Positions 15,445 to 24,975 of a stretch of DNA of 27,666 nt are shown here, piece after piece. Numbering within the stretch: position 1 is the first letter of the stretch; each line of letters begins with the position of its first letter. The stretch covers positions 19,336 to 47,001 of the forward strand of contig CAYTYF010000002.1 of NCBI GenBank assembly GCA_964442205.1, written 5' to 3'. The notes below the pieces were generated by a model. The model was not told where the DNA came from, made no database searches, and was given only the letters and a program-made list of their open reading frames with translations. A program made the translations under genes and the position numbers. Origin of the DNA: an uncultured Candidatus Saccharibacteria bacterium. GTDB lineage: Bacteria; Patescibacteriota; Minisyncoccia; Phycocordibacterales; UBA918.

Positions 15445-17169
15445 GTGTCGCGAACCTACCTACAACTCGTAGTGCTTATCGCCGTTGCAGCTTTTTCGTA
15501 TGTGCTTCCCGGCACTGTGAGTGCGCAGAACGCCGGGTACGCAGTTTCTTTTTCTGACACTACCGTCGAGGCGGGTGATGCTGTCGCGGTCAGCTGGCAA
15601 GCGCCGGGAGGAACGCGCTCTCATGATTGGGTCGGGATATATCGACCAGGAAGCGGCAACAGCGCCTTCGTGGCTTGGAAGTATATTCCAGACACAGGTA
15701 CTTCTGGCACGCTCTCGTTCACGCTCAATACTCCCGGTGAGTATGAGGCCCGACTACTTACCAACAATGCGTACACGCTGGCGGCAACAGCTGCCGGCAA
15801 CCTCACTGTGGCGCCAGCTCAAGGTGGTGGCGGAGGGGGAGGGGGAGGTGGCGGGGGTGGTGCATACACAGTGTCGGTTGCCGCAGGCACCTATGCTCCA
15901 AATGCTCCGGTCACGGTCTCTTTCACTGTCCCGTCTCCGCGTACAACGAGTAGCGATTGGGTTGGTATCTATCCTGCGAACGCTAGCGATCGGGCGTTCG
16001 TAGCGTGGAAATATATTCCGAATAGCGCAGGAAACGGTACGCTGACGTTCAACATATCACGAGAAGGAACGTATCAGGCGCGTGTATTCACAAGCAATGG
16101 CTTCACAAAAGTCGCTACTTCTCCAAACACCTTTACGGTAGCTGTGAATGGTGGCGGAGGGGGAGGGGGAGGTGGCGGGGGTGGTGGCACGACCACCTCC
16201 TCATATTCGCTTGCTGTCTCTCCAACGTCAGCTGCTCCAGGCCAAACAATAACAGTCTCATACGCAGCTCCTGGTGGGGTGAATCGAGTGAGTGATTGGG
16301 TCGGCATGTATCGCGTTGGTGAATCTGATCGAGCTTATGTCGATTGGGAATACATTGGCTCGGGCAGTTCAGGTTCTCTTAGTTTTGTTCCGGCAGCGGC
16401 TGGCACGTACGAATTTCGATACTTTAAGAACAACGGCTTCACAAAAGTTGCCACTTCACCGCGGGTCACTGTTGCCGGAAGCGGTGGCGGTGGAGGCGGC
16501 GGTCAGTGTACTGTGGCCGACCTCGATCAGGTCACTAACTTCCCACCTGAAGCAGGACCGATCGTTGCCTTTGGCGACAGCCTGACCGCTGGCGTGGGTG
16601 CTACGGCAAACCAAGACTACGTGAGTCAACTCGAGCGCAAGGCTGGGGTGACCATCATCAATGAGGGTGTGTCTGGCGACACTACTGAAGAAGCGCTCGA
16701 TCGACTCCAGAGCGATGTACTCGCTCGTGATCCATCAGTAGTGATCGTTTGGCTCGGCGGCAATGACATCATTGGTCGTTTCTACGAGCGTGTCGAAGAT
16801 GGTCTAGAAAATGTGAGCACCATCGATTGGCTGAAGCTCCTCGCGTTGCGTCTCACTGGCAAGATACCAGACACCACGGGCATCACAGAAGACGAGACAT
16901 TCGCGAACCTGACCGAGATCATAGAGCGCATCCAGGCTGGCGGAGCCGTTACCATCGTGGTCGGTTTCAGCGGAGGCGTCATTGATGAGGATCTCGAAAC
17001 ACGTTACCAGGCAGTTGCTGAGGAGACCGGCTCATTGTATGTGCCTGACGCACTCAATAACATCATTGGCCGACCGTCGCTGATGAGCGACCTCGTGCAT
17101 CCTGACAACGAAGGCTACGCTATCGTAGCTGATAGGGTGTTGCCGTACCTCCAGTGCGCCATCCCGTAG
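15445..17169 (+). CDS. Secreted protein with three Ig-like repeats joined by poly-Gly linkers and a C-terminal SGNH/GDSL hydrolase
   Basis: Signal peptide. Three DWVG(I/M)Y...Y(E/Q)(A/F)R...N repeats. SGNH blocks FGDSLTAG, GVSGDTT, GGND and DLVHP. Confidence 0.85.
   Translation: MSRTYLQLVVLIAVAAFSYVLPGTVSAQNAGYAVSFSDTTVEAGDAVAVSWQAPGGTRSHDWVGIYRPGSGNSAFVAWKYIPDTGTSGTLSFTLNTPGEYEARLLTNNAYTLAATAAGNLTVAPAQGGGGGGGGGGGGGAYTVSVAAGTYAPNAPVTVSFTVPSPRTTSSDWVGIYPANASDRAFVAWKYIPNSAGNGTLTFNISREGTYQARVFTSNGFTKVATSPNTFTVAVNGGGGGGGGGGGGGTTTSSYSLAVSPTSAAPGQTITVSYAAPGGVNRVSDWVGMYRVGESDRAYVDWEYIGSGSSGSLSFVPAAAGTYEFRYFKNNGFTKVATSPRVTVAGSGGGGGGGQCTVADLDQVTNFPPEAGPIVAFGDSLTAGVGATANQDYVSQLERKAGVTIINEGVSGDTTEEALDRLQSDVLARDPSVVIVWLGGNDIIGRFYERVEDGLENVSTIDWLKLLALRLTGKIPDTTGITEDETFANLTEIIERIQAGGAVTIVVGFSGGVIDEDLETRYQAVAEETGSLYVPDALNNIIGRPSLMSDLVHPDNEGYAIVADRVLPYLQCAIP
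15826..16186 (+). repeat. Two identical 37-nt poly-Gly-coding direct repeats (15826-15862 and 16150-16186)
   Basis: GGTGGCGGAGGGGGAGGGGGAGGTGGCGGGGGTGGTG is identical in both linkers. Confidence 0.85.
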
Positions 17170-17273
17170 AGCCCGCCAAAATGACCTCATACATTGCAGA
17201 ATGTTGGGATTTTCAGAAACGCAGCGTCGATCTCGGTGCTATCATTTAAGGATACTAGCGTAACTTCGTTCGC

Positions 17274-18344
17274 ATGAACCCTCAAACTCTTTTTACAAGA
17301 CTGACGCAGACCCAGAAATACTTCGTCTTTTCGATCTTCGGCTTGGCAGCCGCGGCGCTCGTACTGGTGGTGCTTCTCACCGCTGCCGGTGGTGCTCCCG
17401 GTGGACATCGAAACTCAAATTCATACGGTGAAGGAGTATCGGTTGGGATGGCCCCAATGCCTCCTATGGCCGATCGCGACATGGGTATGGGCTACAGTAC
17501 CGATGGCTTCGCTACCCAAGAAGCAGCTGATGAATCGTATCGTGCAGGCAAGGTCAGCATCTCTCCGACGATGCCCGCTCCGATGCAGCCGTACGTACCG
17601 AACCTCGAAGCGTACGAAACGACCGACTATCGAGCGACCGCGCTTACCAACGCTTTCGATCCGGCATGTGGACTCTTGCGTGAGATGAAAGCCGACAGCG
17701 CCATCCACTACCGTTCATTCTCAGAAGATCTGAATCACTGCTCGGCAGTGTTCTTCGTGGACGAAGGGCAGGCAAACAATGTGCGCGATCGTTTGTCAGG
17801 AATTGAAAACATTGTCATTGAGCGTAGTACCGTATCGGTGACCCGGGCGAGGGAAGATATTCTCGACCAGGTCGATGTGCTTCGAGCGCAACTTGCCCAC
17901 ACCGAAGCCACCTTGGCCACGGTCACCAGGCAATACGAAGATATCGTAAAGCTTGCTTACCAGGAGGGTGAACCGACAGCTCTCAATCGTGCCATCCAGA
18001 GCCAGTATGAGATACTCGATCAGCTCAATCAGCGTCGATTGAACGAAGCCAACCAACTACGCTGGCTATTGCAGCAGTCGACAGACCTTGAGGAGCGCAT
18101 CGGCAAGGTGCAGTTCTCGGTCGACGTACGCCGCACCACCGAGATCGCTCCTGATCGCTTCGATCGTGCATGGGCAGGTGCCTTTGAAGACCTCAAGGAC
18201 AATTTCATTCAGACGCTCATCAGTCTCACGATCGGCCTTGGTATGTTCGCACTCTGGCTCGTGCAGCTCGTTGTCTACGGAGGACTACTCCTCCTCATCG
18301 GCCGCTTCCTCTACCGCTTCTTGCGCCGAAACTGGCAGCGTTAG
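17274..18344 (+). CDS. Membrane protein, DUF4349-like
   Basis: N-terminal TM, APM-rich linker, alpha/beta core, coiled coil and C-terminal TM. Confidence 0.6.
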   Translation: MNPQTLFTRLTQTQKYFVFSIFGLAAAALVLVVLLTAAGGAPGGHRNSNSYGEGVSVGMAPMPPMADRDMGMGYSTDGFATQEAADESYRAGKVSISPTMPAPMQPYVPNLEAYETTDYRATALTNAFDPACGLLREMKADSAIHYRSFSEDLNHCSAVFFVDEGQANNVRDRLSGIENIVIERSTVSVTRAREDILDQVDVLRAQLAHTEATLATVTRQYEDIVKLAYQEGEPTALNRAIQSQYEILDQLNQRRLNEANQLRWLLQQSTDLEERIGKVQFSVDVRRTTEIAPDRFDRAWAGAFEDLKDNFIQTLISLTIGLGMFALWLVQLVVYGGLLLLIGRFLYRFLRRNWQR

Positions 18345-18354
18345 TCTAATGCCG

Positions 18355-18392
18355 AAATAGCGCGGCCAGCATTCATGCTGGCCGCGCTATTT
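18355..18392. terminator. Long perfect hairpin downstream of the 17274-18344 gene
   Basis: 18-bp inverted repeat AAATAGCGCGGCCAGCAT/ATGCTGGCCGCGCTATTT. Confidence 0.7.
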
Positions 18393-18414
18393 CCTTGCCA
18401 AGAGAGGGTGAGGG

Positions 18415-18442
18415 TGTAACAGTGGAGCATGTCAGTCGTTAT
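18415..18442 (+). promoter_or_regulatory. Candidate ECF-sigma (autoregulatory) promoter
   Basis: TGTAAC-N16-CGTTAT directly before the sigma gene, matching the AAC/CGT pattern of ECF promoters. Confidence 0.45.
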
Positions 18443-18946
18443 ATGGGTCTGAACACTCTTGAAACAGCGTTCATCGAAAGCTTCGACGCCTACGGCGACG
18501 CCATTTTCCGATTCTGCCTCGTCAAAGTATCGAACGTAGAGTTAGCTGAAGACATGACGCAAGAAACGTTCACCCGGTACTGGCAGTCGCTTCGGGAAGG
18601 GAAAGAAATGACCAACACCCGCTCCTACCTCTACACCATCGCCAATAACTTGGCCAAGGACTGGTACAAGAAAAAGAAGTCCGATTCACTCGACGCCAAG
18701 ATGGAAAGCGGCTTCGAACCGAGGGATCTGCAGCTTAGCAGTCCAGAGCTCAACGCAAGCTACCAGGAAGTGCTCGATTCTCTCGAGGAGCTGGAAGTTG
18801 AAGACAGAGAGGTGCTCATGCTTCGGCACATTGATGGGTTGGAACCGAAGGATATTGCCGCCATACTCGGAGGAACACCAAACGCCATCTCGGTCCGCTT
18901 GAACCGAGCGATGGAGCGGCTCAAAAAGCACCTGCACGCAACATAA
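18443..18946 (+). CDS. ECF sigma-70 factor
   Basis: Region 2 AEDMTQETF.RYW...YLYTIANNLAKD; region 4 DREVLMLRHIDGL..KDIAAILG.T.NAISVRLNRA. Start codon uncertain. Confidence 0.92.
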   Translation: MGLNTLETAFIESFDAYGDAIFRFCLVKVSNVELAEDMTQETFTRYWQSLREGKEMTNTRSYLYTIANNLAKDWYKKKKSDSLDAKMESGFEPRDLQLSSPELNASYQEVLDSLEELEVEDREVLMLRHIDGLEPKDIAAILGGTPNAISVRLNRAMERLKKHLHAT

Positions 18947-18951
18947 CGCAT

Positions 18952-20175
18952 ATGGAACCAGACACTCGCACAAAAGAATATCTCGAAAAGTTGGGCTCAG
19001 TGAGGCTCTCGGAGACTTCCCGTGCCCGGATGCGCGACGAGCTTGCTGCGTACGCCCATTTTCATACGGCAGGGGAGGGTGTAAGAGCAGGGGTGGAAGG
19101 TCGTTCTATAGAGCGAGTACCACAAGGTGCTTCACTATTTAGACGAATCTATAACACGACACTGAAACCTATGAACGCTCTAATTATCATCGCACTCGTG
19201 CTTAGTGGCGGAACCTCGTTCGCGGCTGCAGGCAGCGTTCCCGGCGACCTTCTCTATCCTGTAAAGGTAGAAGTGAACGAGAACGTCAAAAGCGCTTTCG
19301 CCATTACCACTAGTGCCGAAGCTGCACTTCAGGCCGAACTCGCCAAGGAACGCCTTGAGGAAGCTGAGACCCTCGCCCTTCGCGGCGAACTCGGCGCCGA
19401 CGCTTCAGCGCAGCTTGCTACTCACCTCAAGGAACACGTGGACGCAGCGCTGGCATACAGCAGTGAGGCAGAAGCGGCTGGCGACCTCGAGACCGCTGCC
19501 TCAGTCCGCGCCGAACTTGCTGGAACACTCTCGACGTACGCAAGTATCCTCGTTCGTCTCTCCGGAGAAGTGGAGGGTAACGACAGTACCTCCTTGCTCA
19601 GCGGTATCGACGGCTTCACGAACTTGATCGCGACCACCGATGCTACCGCGACCGCTCGGGTATCTGCCGAACACCGAACCGCTATCGAGGCTGCAATTGT
19701 GAACACTGATCAGCTCATCGCGACGGTTGAAGCAAAGCTCGGTCGCGCTGAAACCAAGCTCTCCAACGAAACGCATGCCTGGGTGGACGCTCGTCTCGAC
19801 GCTGCTGTGAAAGCCCAAGCTGACGCACGCGTTAAACTTCAGTCAGAACTCTACAGCCAGTCGTACACTGCGGTTCAGGAGGCTATCCGCATCGCGAACG
19901 AAGCTGAGGCCATGATCGACAGCGCACTGCGCATCGAGACTAAGGTGAACATCAAGGCTGGTGATCTCTTCGAGGGCGTGCTCAACACGAACACGAGTAC
20001 CAACAGTAAGACCTCAAACGGAGACCAGACAGCTACCTCGACCGAAAAGGAAGAGCGGAAAGATGTTGACCTCAAGGTAGATGCAGGTGCCAACGTGGAC
20101 GTAGATACCGACATCATCGATACGAATGTACAGACAAATACTGCCGTCGACGCTGTAACAGATCTCGGCTTATAA
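18952..20175 (+). CDS. Putative anti-sigma factor, DUF5667-like
   Basis: Follows the ECF sigma gene. One TM, then AGSVPGDLLYPVKVEVNE...ERLEEA, with a helical C-terminus. Confidence 0.75.
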   Translation: MEPDTRTKEYLEKLGSVRLSETSRARMRDELAAYAHFHTAGEGVRAGVEGRSIERVPQGASLFRRIYNTTLKPMNALIIIALVLSGGTSFAAAGSVPGDLLYPVKVEVNENVKSAFAITTSAEAALQAELAKERLEEAETLALRGELGADASAQLATHLKEHVDAALAYSSEAEAAGDLETAASVRAELAGTLSTYASILVRLSGEVEGNDSTSLLSGIDGFTNLIATTDATATARVSAEHRTAIEAAIVNTDQLIATVEAKLGRAETKLSNETHAWVDARLDAAVKAQADARVKLQSELYSQSYTAVQEAIRIANEAEAMIDSALRIETKVNIKAGDLFEGVLNTNTSTNSKTSNGDQTATSTEKEERKDVDLKVDAGANVDVDTDIIDTNVQTNTAVDAVTDLGL

Positions 20176-20182
20176 GCTAAAA

Positions 20183-20208
20183 CAAAAACCGCCGTCAGGC
20201 GGTTTTTG
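20183..20208. terminator. Bidirectional terminator
   Basis: CAAAAACCGCC-GTCA-GGCGGTTTTTG between convergent genes. Confidence 0.8.
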
Positions 20209-20232
20209 CTATGGACAGACACACTGAACATT

Positions 20233-22308
20233 TTATTGACGAAATTCCTCCTTGAGCGTCACAAAGAGTTTCGGGGTAATCAGTTGGCGCTCGAACAGTT
20301 CTTCAAGTAAGTTTTCTTCTATAGTGGCAACGGCGCGCTGCGCAAGTAGGCGAGCAAGTTCCGTATAGCGATCTTCGTGCGACGCTGCTACTTCACGCAT
20401 TTTTGCTTCCGAACGTTCCTGGAATGCTCGATAGAGCTGGGTGACGCGGTCGTGGGCACCAGGTGTAAAAATATGCTCCACGTGCTCATTGCCGATAGTC
20501 CCAAGCTCCTTGAGTACTTTGCGTGAGATGATGCTCTGCGCTCGGTAGTACATAAAGAGGTGGTCGATGCGTTCTTGCTCGGTCTCAGGTTTGAGAAAAT
20601 GTCGAAGCAGGTTAGCGAGGTGTTCAAAAACGTCCTTACCATCGCTGTGCACTGACATGTCAGGCTGCAGGTTGCCGTTCTCGATAGCCTCAAGCTGGAG
20701 CTGCAATTTGCCGTTCAAATGTTTGAAGACAGCTTCACTCACTTCACCGTGCTGGTAGAGTTCCTTCAGGTGGCGCTTCTCTATTCCAATGGCAAAGATG
20801 CGCAACACGCGCTCGGGAAGGTTGCCAGCATTTCCTGTTTGAAGTGCAGCGCAATTTCGCCGGTACTCAGTCTCGTGCGCTGTGAGGAGTTCGTCGGCCA
20901 CCCCTCCATCAATGTAACCGCGCTCTCGGTAGCGTTTGAGCCTCTCGGTCACTTCGCTGTGAATGAGGGCGCGTGCTTCAAGCGACTCGACCGCCTCTAT
21001 CGGTGTCAGCACATCGAGCTGTAAGCGGCGCATGAGCGTCTGCATGGTAGGCGCCTTGATGAACAGAGTGGCGCTTATGCAGCCGATGGTTATTGCGAGA
21101 AGGAAATCCTTTGGAGAGGTGGCGTAGGTCCAACCAGCAACTGCAAGATCATCTGGGATGAGAAGTACCATCGTTACCGCGAGTGCACCTCGCAGTGATC
21201 CCCACGAGAGCAAGTGCTGCCATGCACGCGGTATACGTTTTTTCTCACCGGCGAAAACATTGAACATCTCTACGACCGGATATATTGAAAGGGCGCGAGC
21301 GACCGCCACTACGAAGATGGTGATGGCAATAGTGCTGACCATTGAAGCACTCAGCTCGATGACCGAGGCAACAATTGCACCCATCAGGATGAAAATGAGT
21401 GAGTTGGCGAGAAATGCTAGCTGTCCCCATAATTTCTCTACGAATTCTTCTGTTTTCGGATCGAGCTTACTGCGACCGTAGTTGCCCATGAGGAGGGCAG
21501 CGATGGTGGTGGCGATGATCGGAGAAAGGGGGAAGTGAAGCGAACCGAAGTGTAGGTAGTGCGATGCCACTTCTGCGCCAATGAAGGTGATGTGCGCCAG
21601 TACAATGGTGAGAGTAATGCTTGCAGTTTCATTCTCACGCGCGAGGCCCACCAGTTTTGCGAAGATGCCTCCGACCACGACGCCGAAGAGCGTACCGCCG
21701 ATCATCATCGAGAGGAAGCCCATAGAGCCCTCGATGAAGCTCGTGGCGCCGTGTGCGCCGTAGAGAGCCACATCGAGGATGACGAGAAAGAGCGCAACCG
21801 CAGTGGCATCGTTGAAGAGGCTCTCGCCTTCGAATATGAGCGAGAGGCGCCGCGGAGCACCGTATTCCTTGAAGAGTGCGAGCACTGCGACCGGGTCGGT
21901 GGCAGAAATGAGCGCTCCAAAAAGTAACGCCACCATGAAAGGTATTCCGATGCCAAAGAGATCAAGTATGAAGTAGAGACCGGCCGCGATGGCGATGGTC
22001 GATACGAGAAGGCTCACGACCGAGAGAACGATAATGATCCAAGATTCTTCGACCATCCGACGTACATTTATGTTGTACGCCGACTCGAAGATGAGCGTCG
22101 GCAAAAGGAGATAGAAAAGCAAGCCGGGGGTAAGGTGAAATTCACCAAAAAAGTGAAGTGCAGGGAAGTGCGAGAGGAGACCGATGACGAGGCCAATGAT
22201 GACGAGAAAGACGGTGTGGGGCAACCGTACACGCTTTGCCCAGAAAATCGCAAGGCTCGAGATGCCGAGCATGGTGAAGATGGCAAGTGTCGCGTTTGCT
22301 GTCAGCAT
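20233..22308 (-). CDS. CPA1-family Na+/H+ antiporter with cytoplasmic C-terminal domain
   Basis: LLPTLIFESA, GALISATDPVAVL, GESLFNDATAV and LRGALAV motifs; about 12 TM helices. Confidence 0.92.
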   Translation of the reverse strand: MLTANATLAIFTMLGISSLAIFWAKRVRLPHTVFLVIIGLVIGLLSHFPALHFFGEFHLTPGLLFYLLLPTLIFESAYNINVRRMVEESWIIIVLSVVSLLVSTIAIAAGLYFILDLFGIGIPFMVALLFGALISATDPVAVLALFKEYGAPRRLSLIFEGESLFNDATAVALFLVILDVALYGAHGATSFIEGSMGFLSMMIGGTLFGVVVGGIFAKLVGLARENETASITLTIVLAHITFIGAEVASHYLHFGSLHFPLSPIIATTIAALLMGNYGRSKLDPKTEEFVEKLWGQLAFLANSLIFILMGAIVASVIELSASMVSTIAITIFVVAVARALSIYPVVEMFNVFAGEKKRIPRAWQHLLSWGSLRGALAVTMVLLIPDDLAVAGWTYATSPKDFLLAITIGCISATLFIKAPTMQTLMRRLQLDVLTPIEAVESLEARALIHSEVTERLKRYRERGYIDGGVADELLTAHETEYRRNCAALQTGNAGNLPERVLRIFAIGIEKRHLKELYQHGEVSEAVFKHLNGKLQLQLEAIENGNLQPDMSVHSDGKDVFEHLANLLRHFLKPETEQERIDHLFMYYRAQSIISRKVLKELGTIGNEHVEHIFTPGAHDRVTQLYRAFQERSEAKMREVAASHEDRYTELARLLAQRAVATIEENLLEELFERQLITPKLFVTLKEEFRQ

Positions 22309-22378
22309 AGTGCTTAGTGGTCGTTATCAATAAAAAACAGACAGGCACTATACTCCCCGCGCCACACCTCGGCAAGCG

Positions 22379-23371
22379 TCATGCATTCTTTCCCTCTCTT
22401 AGCGAGGTGTAGTAGGCGAGGAGTACAAACCCGAGACCAATGAGACCGGTGAAGGTTTCCGGCACGTGCGCGACCAGGTTTGCCAACATGGCCACCGAGA
22501 GACCGAGTATCGCCCAGTGCGCGCCGTGTTCGAGGTAGACGAGCTCGCTTAGGGTGTTGCGGCGAACGAAGTGAAGGGTGATGGCGCGCACGAAGTAGGC
22601 GCCGATACCAAGGCCCACCATGATGATTATGAGATTGTTAGTGAGAGCGAATGCTCCAATGACGCCATCGAGTGAGAACGCTGAGTCGAGCACGTTGAGG
22701 TAGATGAAGAGGGTAGCTCCGGTCGCCGCTACCTCGGTGCTCTCGATGGAGAGGCTGCCAGCGACACCCTCCATGATGATGAAAAGAATAAGTCCAAAGA
22801 GTCCTGCTACCAGGATCTCAGATTGATCGTAGGCGGTGAAGTACGAGAGTCCTACGAGTACGGTGAGTGCGAGCGCTATCTCAATCGCCTCGATGTGGCC
22901 CCAGCGCACCAAGTGCTGTTCTATCACGTGTATCCAATGAACCGATTTTGCTTTATTGAAGAAGTACTTAAGCGACACCATGAGGAGGAACACGCCGCCG
23001 AAGGCAGTTATGGTTCCGTGCACTGCTTCTAGCAAGTGGCTGTATTCGACAGGGTCGTTGAAGACCAGGGAAGTGATGTAGAAGGGAGAAGCGGCCACCG
23101 CAATGCTCACGATCACTATCGGCAGCACGAAGCGAGTACCGAAGACCGCGAGCAGAATACCCCAGGTAAGAAAGCGCTTCTGCCACACAGGACTCATACG
23201 CTTCAGAATACGCGCGTTAACCACAGCGTTGTCGAAGGACAGCGTGACCTCAAGTGCGGTCAGTATCGCAACGAGCAAAAATGCGTTGAAGCCGAGCTCG
23301 TACCAGATACCTAGAAAAATACTAAAGCAGAGAATTGATGGCCAAAAGAAGGTGTTGCGTATCAGAGACAT
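22379..23371 (-). CDS. DUF475/TerC-like membrane protein
   Basis: LEVTLSFDNAVVNA, LDSAFSLDGVIGAFA and YLEHGAHWAI motifs. Start uncertain (23371 or 23383). Confidence 0.85.
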   Translation of the reverse strand: MSLIRNTFFWPSILCFSIFLGIWYELGFNAFLLVAILTALEVTLSFDNAVVNARILKRMSPVWQKRFLTWGILLAVFGTRFVLPIVIVSIAVAASPFYITSLVFNDPVEYSHLLEAVHGTITAFGGVFLLMVSLKYFFNKAKSVHWIHVIEQHLVRWGHIEAIEIALALTVLVGLSYFTAYDQSEILVAGLFGLILFIIMEGVAGSLSIESTEVAATGATLFIYLNVLDSAFSLDGVIGAFALTNNLIIIMVGLGIGAYFVRAITLHFVRRNTLSELVYLEHGAHWAILGLSVAMLANLVAHVPETFTGLIGLGFVLLAYYTSLREGKNA

Positions 23372-23637
23372 GGCGACAAGCATACCGTGTCGGTCTGTGG
23401 TCAGCAAAGGATAAATCTTGGTCCCCTGCTCTACATGACCATAACTCACACCTAAGTCTCAAATGTAACTGGAGCGGCATGGCGTGAAGGTCTAGTTTCC
23501 AACGCTTTTGACCAATTAAAATAGGCTTTTTCCTAGATTCGGGAGCTGTCAAAACAAGGTATTTTAGAAGAAACCATGGATACTCAATTTATATTTGGTA
23601 GGTATACTATGGATTAACTAAATAGTAAGCAACAATT

Positions 23638-23859
23638 ATGGAACATAAAGTGATACCTTTTCATCCAACAGTGACAGACAAAGCTGGCTTTTCACAAGCC
23701 GCTAAAGAGTTAGAGGACATCATTAAAACCCAGAGCAGTCAGGGTTGGCGATTCGTCTCATTGCAGTCAATGTCAACCACAGTGAAGCCGACTGGCTGTG
23801 CGTCAATTGGTGGCAAAGAGGAAGTAAAAACATTCCAACTCGTCATCTTCGAAAAATAG
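23638..23859 (+). CDS. Small protein, DUF4177-like
   Basis: 73 aa: EHKVIP...ELEDII...QGWRFVSL...LVIFEK. Confidence 0.6.
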   Translation: MEHKVIPFHPTVTDKAGFSQAAKELEDIIKTQSSQGWRFVSLQSMSTTVKPTGCASIGGKEEVKTFQLVIFEK

Positions 23860-23862
23860 TTT

Positions 23863-24165
23863 ATGTTAGCGTCCTTGTGTAAAGCGGTGATACGACTCTA
23901 CTGGTACGCAATCCCAAAGGAGAACCGTATTGTCTGTCTCTACAAAGATCATTGCTCACAGCACGTATACAACGCTTTTGACCGTGAGGGCTTTGTTGCC
24001 GGAATGAAGGCATTTTTGAAGCGATACAAAAACTGCAATAATAACTATACCTGTGAACTTCATGATGGTTCAGTAACTGTAAAGACGGCGACAGGAGAAG
24101 TCATTAATGAAACTGAAATAAGTGATTTAGTGCTTTCGGGTTGTCGGGTGGTCCTAAATAAATAA
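23863..24165 (+). CDS. YidD-like (membrane protein insertion efficiency factor / haemolytic domain) protein
   Basis: IRLYW.AIP...CLYKDHCSQHV...GF..G...F..RY..C cysteine pattern. Confidence 0.7.
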   Translation: MLASLCKAVIRLYWYAIPKENRIVCLYKDHCSQHVYNAFDREGFVAGMKAFLKRYKNCNNNYTCELHDGSVTVKTATGEVINETEISDLVLSGCRVVLNK

Positions 24166-24375
24166 ATTTACATTCGATAAGAGAACCGCAAAGCACTTTC
24201 ATTTCAATAGCAATTACATTGTCGATACCCACGAAGAGGAAGGTTTCAACCAAGAGGGGCGGCTCTCAGTCCTCGAGTGGGAACTGTGCCTTGCTTGATT
24301 AAGCGAGACAAGGGTTTGTTTCCGGTGATAGGGGAGAAAGTGGTTCCTCTGGGTTGGTAAGGAGATGCGTGTAGA

Positions 24376-24636
24376 CTATCCGTACAGCTCACTATGTGAA
24401 CCAATAGCAACAAATCTCACGATATTATTATCGATAACAAAATACACAGCTCGGGTGTCTCCAGTAACGTTGATACTAAAGTGGTCTTTCCATTTACCAG
24501 AAAGACGATGATTGCGCAGAGTGGGATTTTGTGGATTCTTCACAAATTTTTCCAAAGTAGCAACAGCTTTCTCTTTGGTTGCTTTCGATAATTTAGCAAA
24601 ATCTTTCTCAAATCGCTTTGAAAGAACGTATTGCAT
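24376..24636 (-). CDS. YafQ/RelE-family type II toxin
   Basis: KRFEKDF.KL...LRNHRLSGKWKDHFSINVTGD.RAVY...IGSHSELY. Confidence 0.9.
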   Translation of the reverse strand: MQYVLSKRFEKDFAKLSKATKEKAVATLEKFVKNPQNPTLRNHRLSGKWKDHFSINVTGDTRAVYFVIDNNIVRFVAIGSHSELYG

Positions 24637-24637
24637 A

Positions 24638-24919
24638 TCACAGAGACTTCAGGTGAGCAATAAAATCCTCTCCAGTTTTGAACGGACCAACGAAATCACC
24701 AGCTTCGTATTCAGCCTGAGCTTGCTCAAGAATACTCTCCAGATACGGAGTAGGGCGGTATTGGTTGGCAGAAAGAGTGATTTCTTTATCACGCACAAAC
24801 TGCTTAAGGAATGCATTAATGACGGTACTCAAAGGCACACCCAATTCCTCTGACACTTTCTTAGCTTCAGCTTTTAGTTTTTTGTCAGTTTTGATATTTA
24901 AAATAGTGTGTGTATTCAT
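24638..24919 (-). CDS. RelB/DinJ-family antitoxin
   Basis: RHH pattern LNIKTDKKLKAEAKKVSEELGVPLSTVINAFLKQFVR; ends 1 nt before the toxin start. Confidence 0.9.
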   Translation of the reverse strand: MNTHTILNIKTDKKLKAEAKKVSEELGVPLSTVINAFLKQFVRDKEITLSANQYRPTPYLESILEQAQAEYEAGDFVGPFKTGEDFIAHLKSL

Positions 24920-24920
24920 A

Positions 24921-24955
24921 TACCAAAGTATATATTTTGGTATTATTTATGTCAA
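24921..24955 (-). promoter_or_regulatory. TA operon promoter with overlapping operator palindrome
   Basis: TTGACA (24955-24950), 17-nt spacer, TATACT (24932-24927). TACCAAA-N8-TTTGGTA palindrome at 24921-24942. Confidence 0.7.
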
Positions 24956-24975
24956 TTACTCAATCTGCTCAATCT

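Noticed and set aside
24257-24264. GGGCGGCT as a third tRNA-His attachment remnant
   Set aside because: An 8-nt match with none of the element's hairpins beside it is not distinguishable from chance.
24299-24376. Minus-strand peptide VYTHLLTNPEEPLSPLS resembling the YTH...SPL C-terminus of integron or tyrosine recombinases
   Set aside because: Only ~25 codons, with no upstream recombinase sequence because the toxin gene occupies that space. A chance match is likely; a tBLASTn would settle it.
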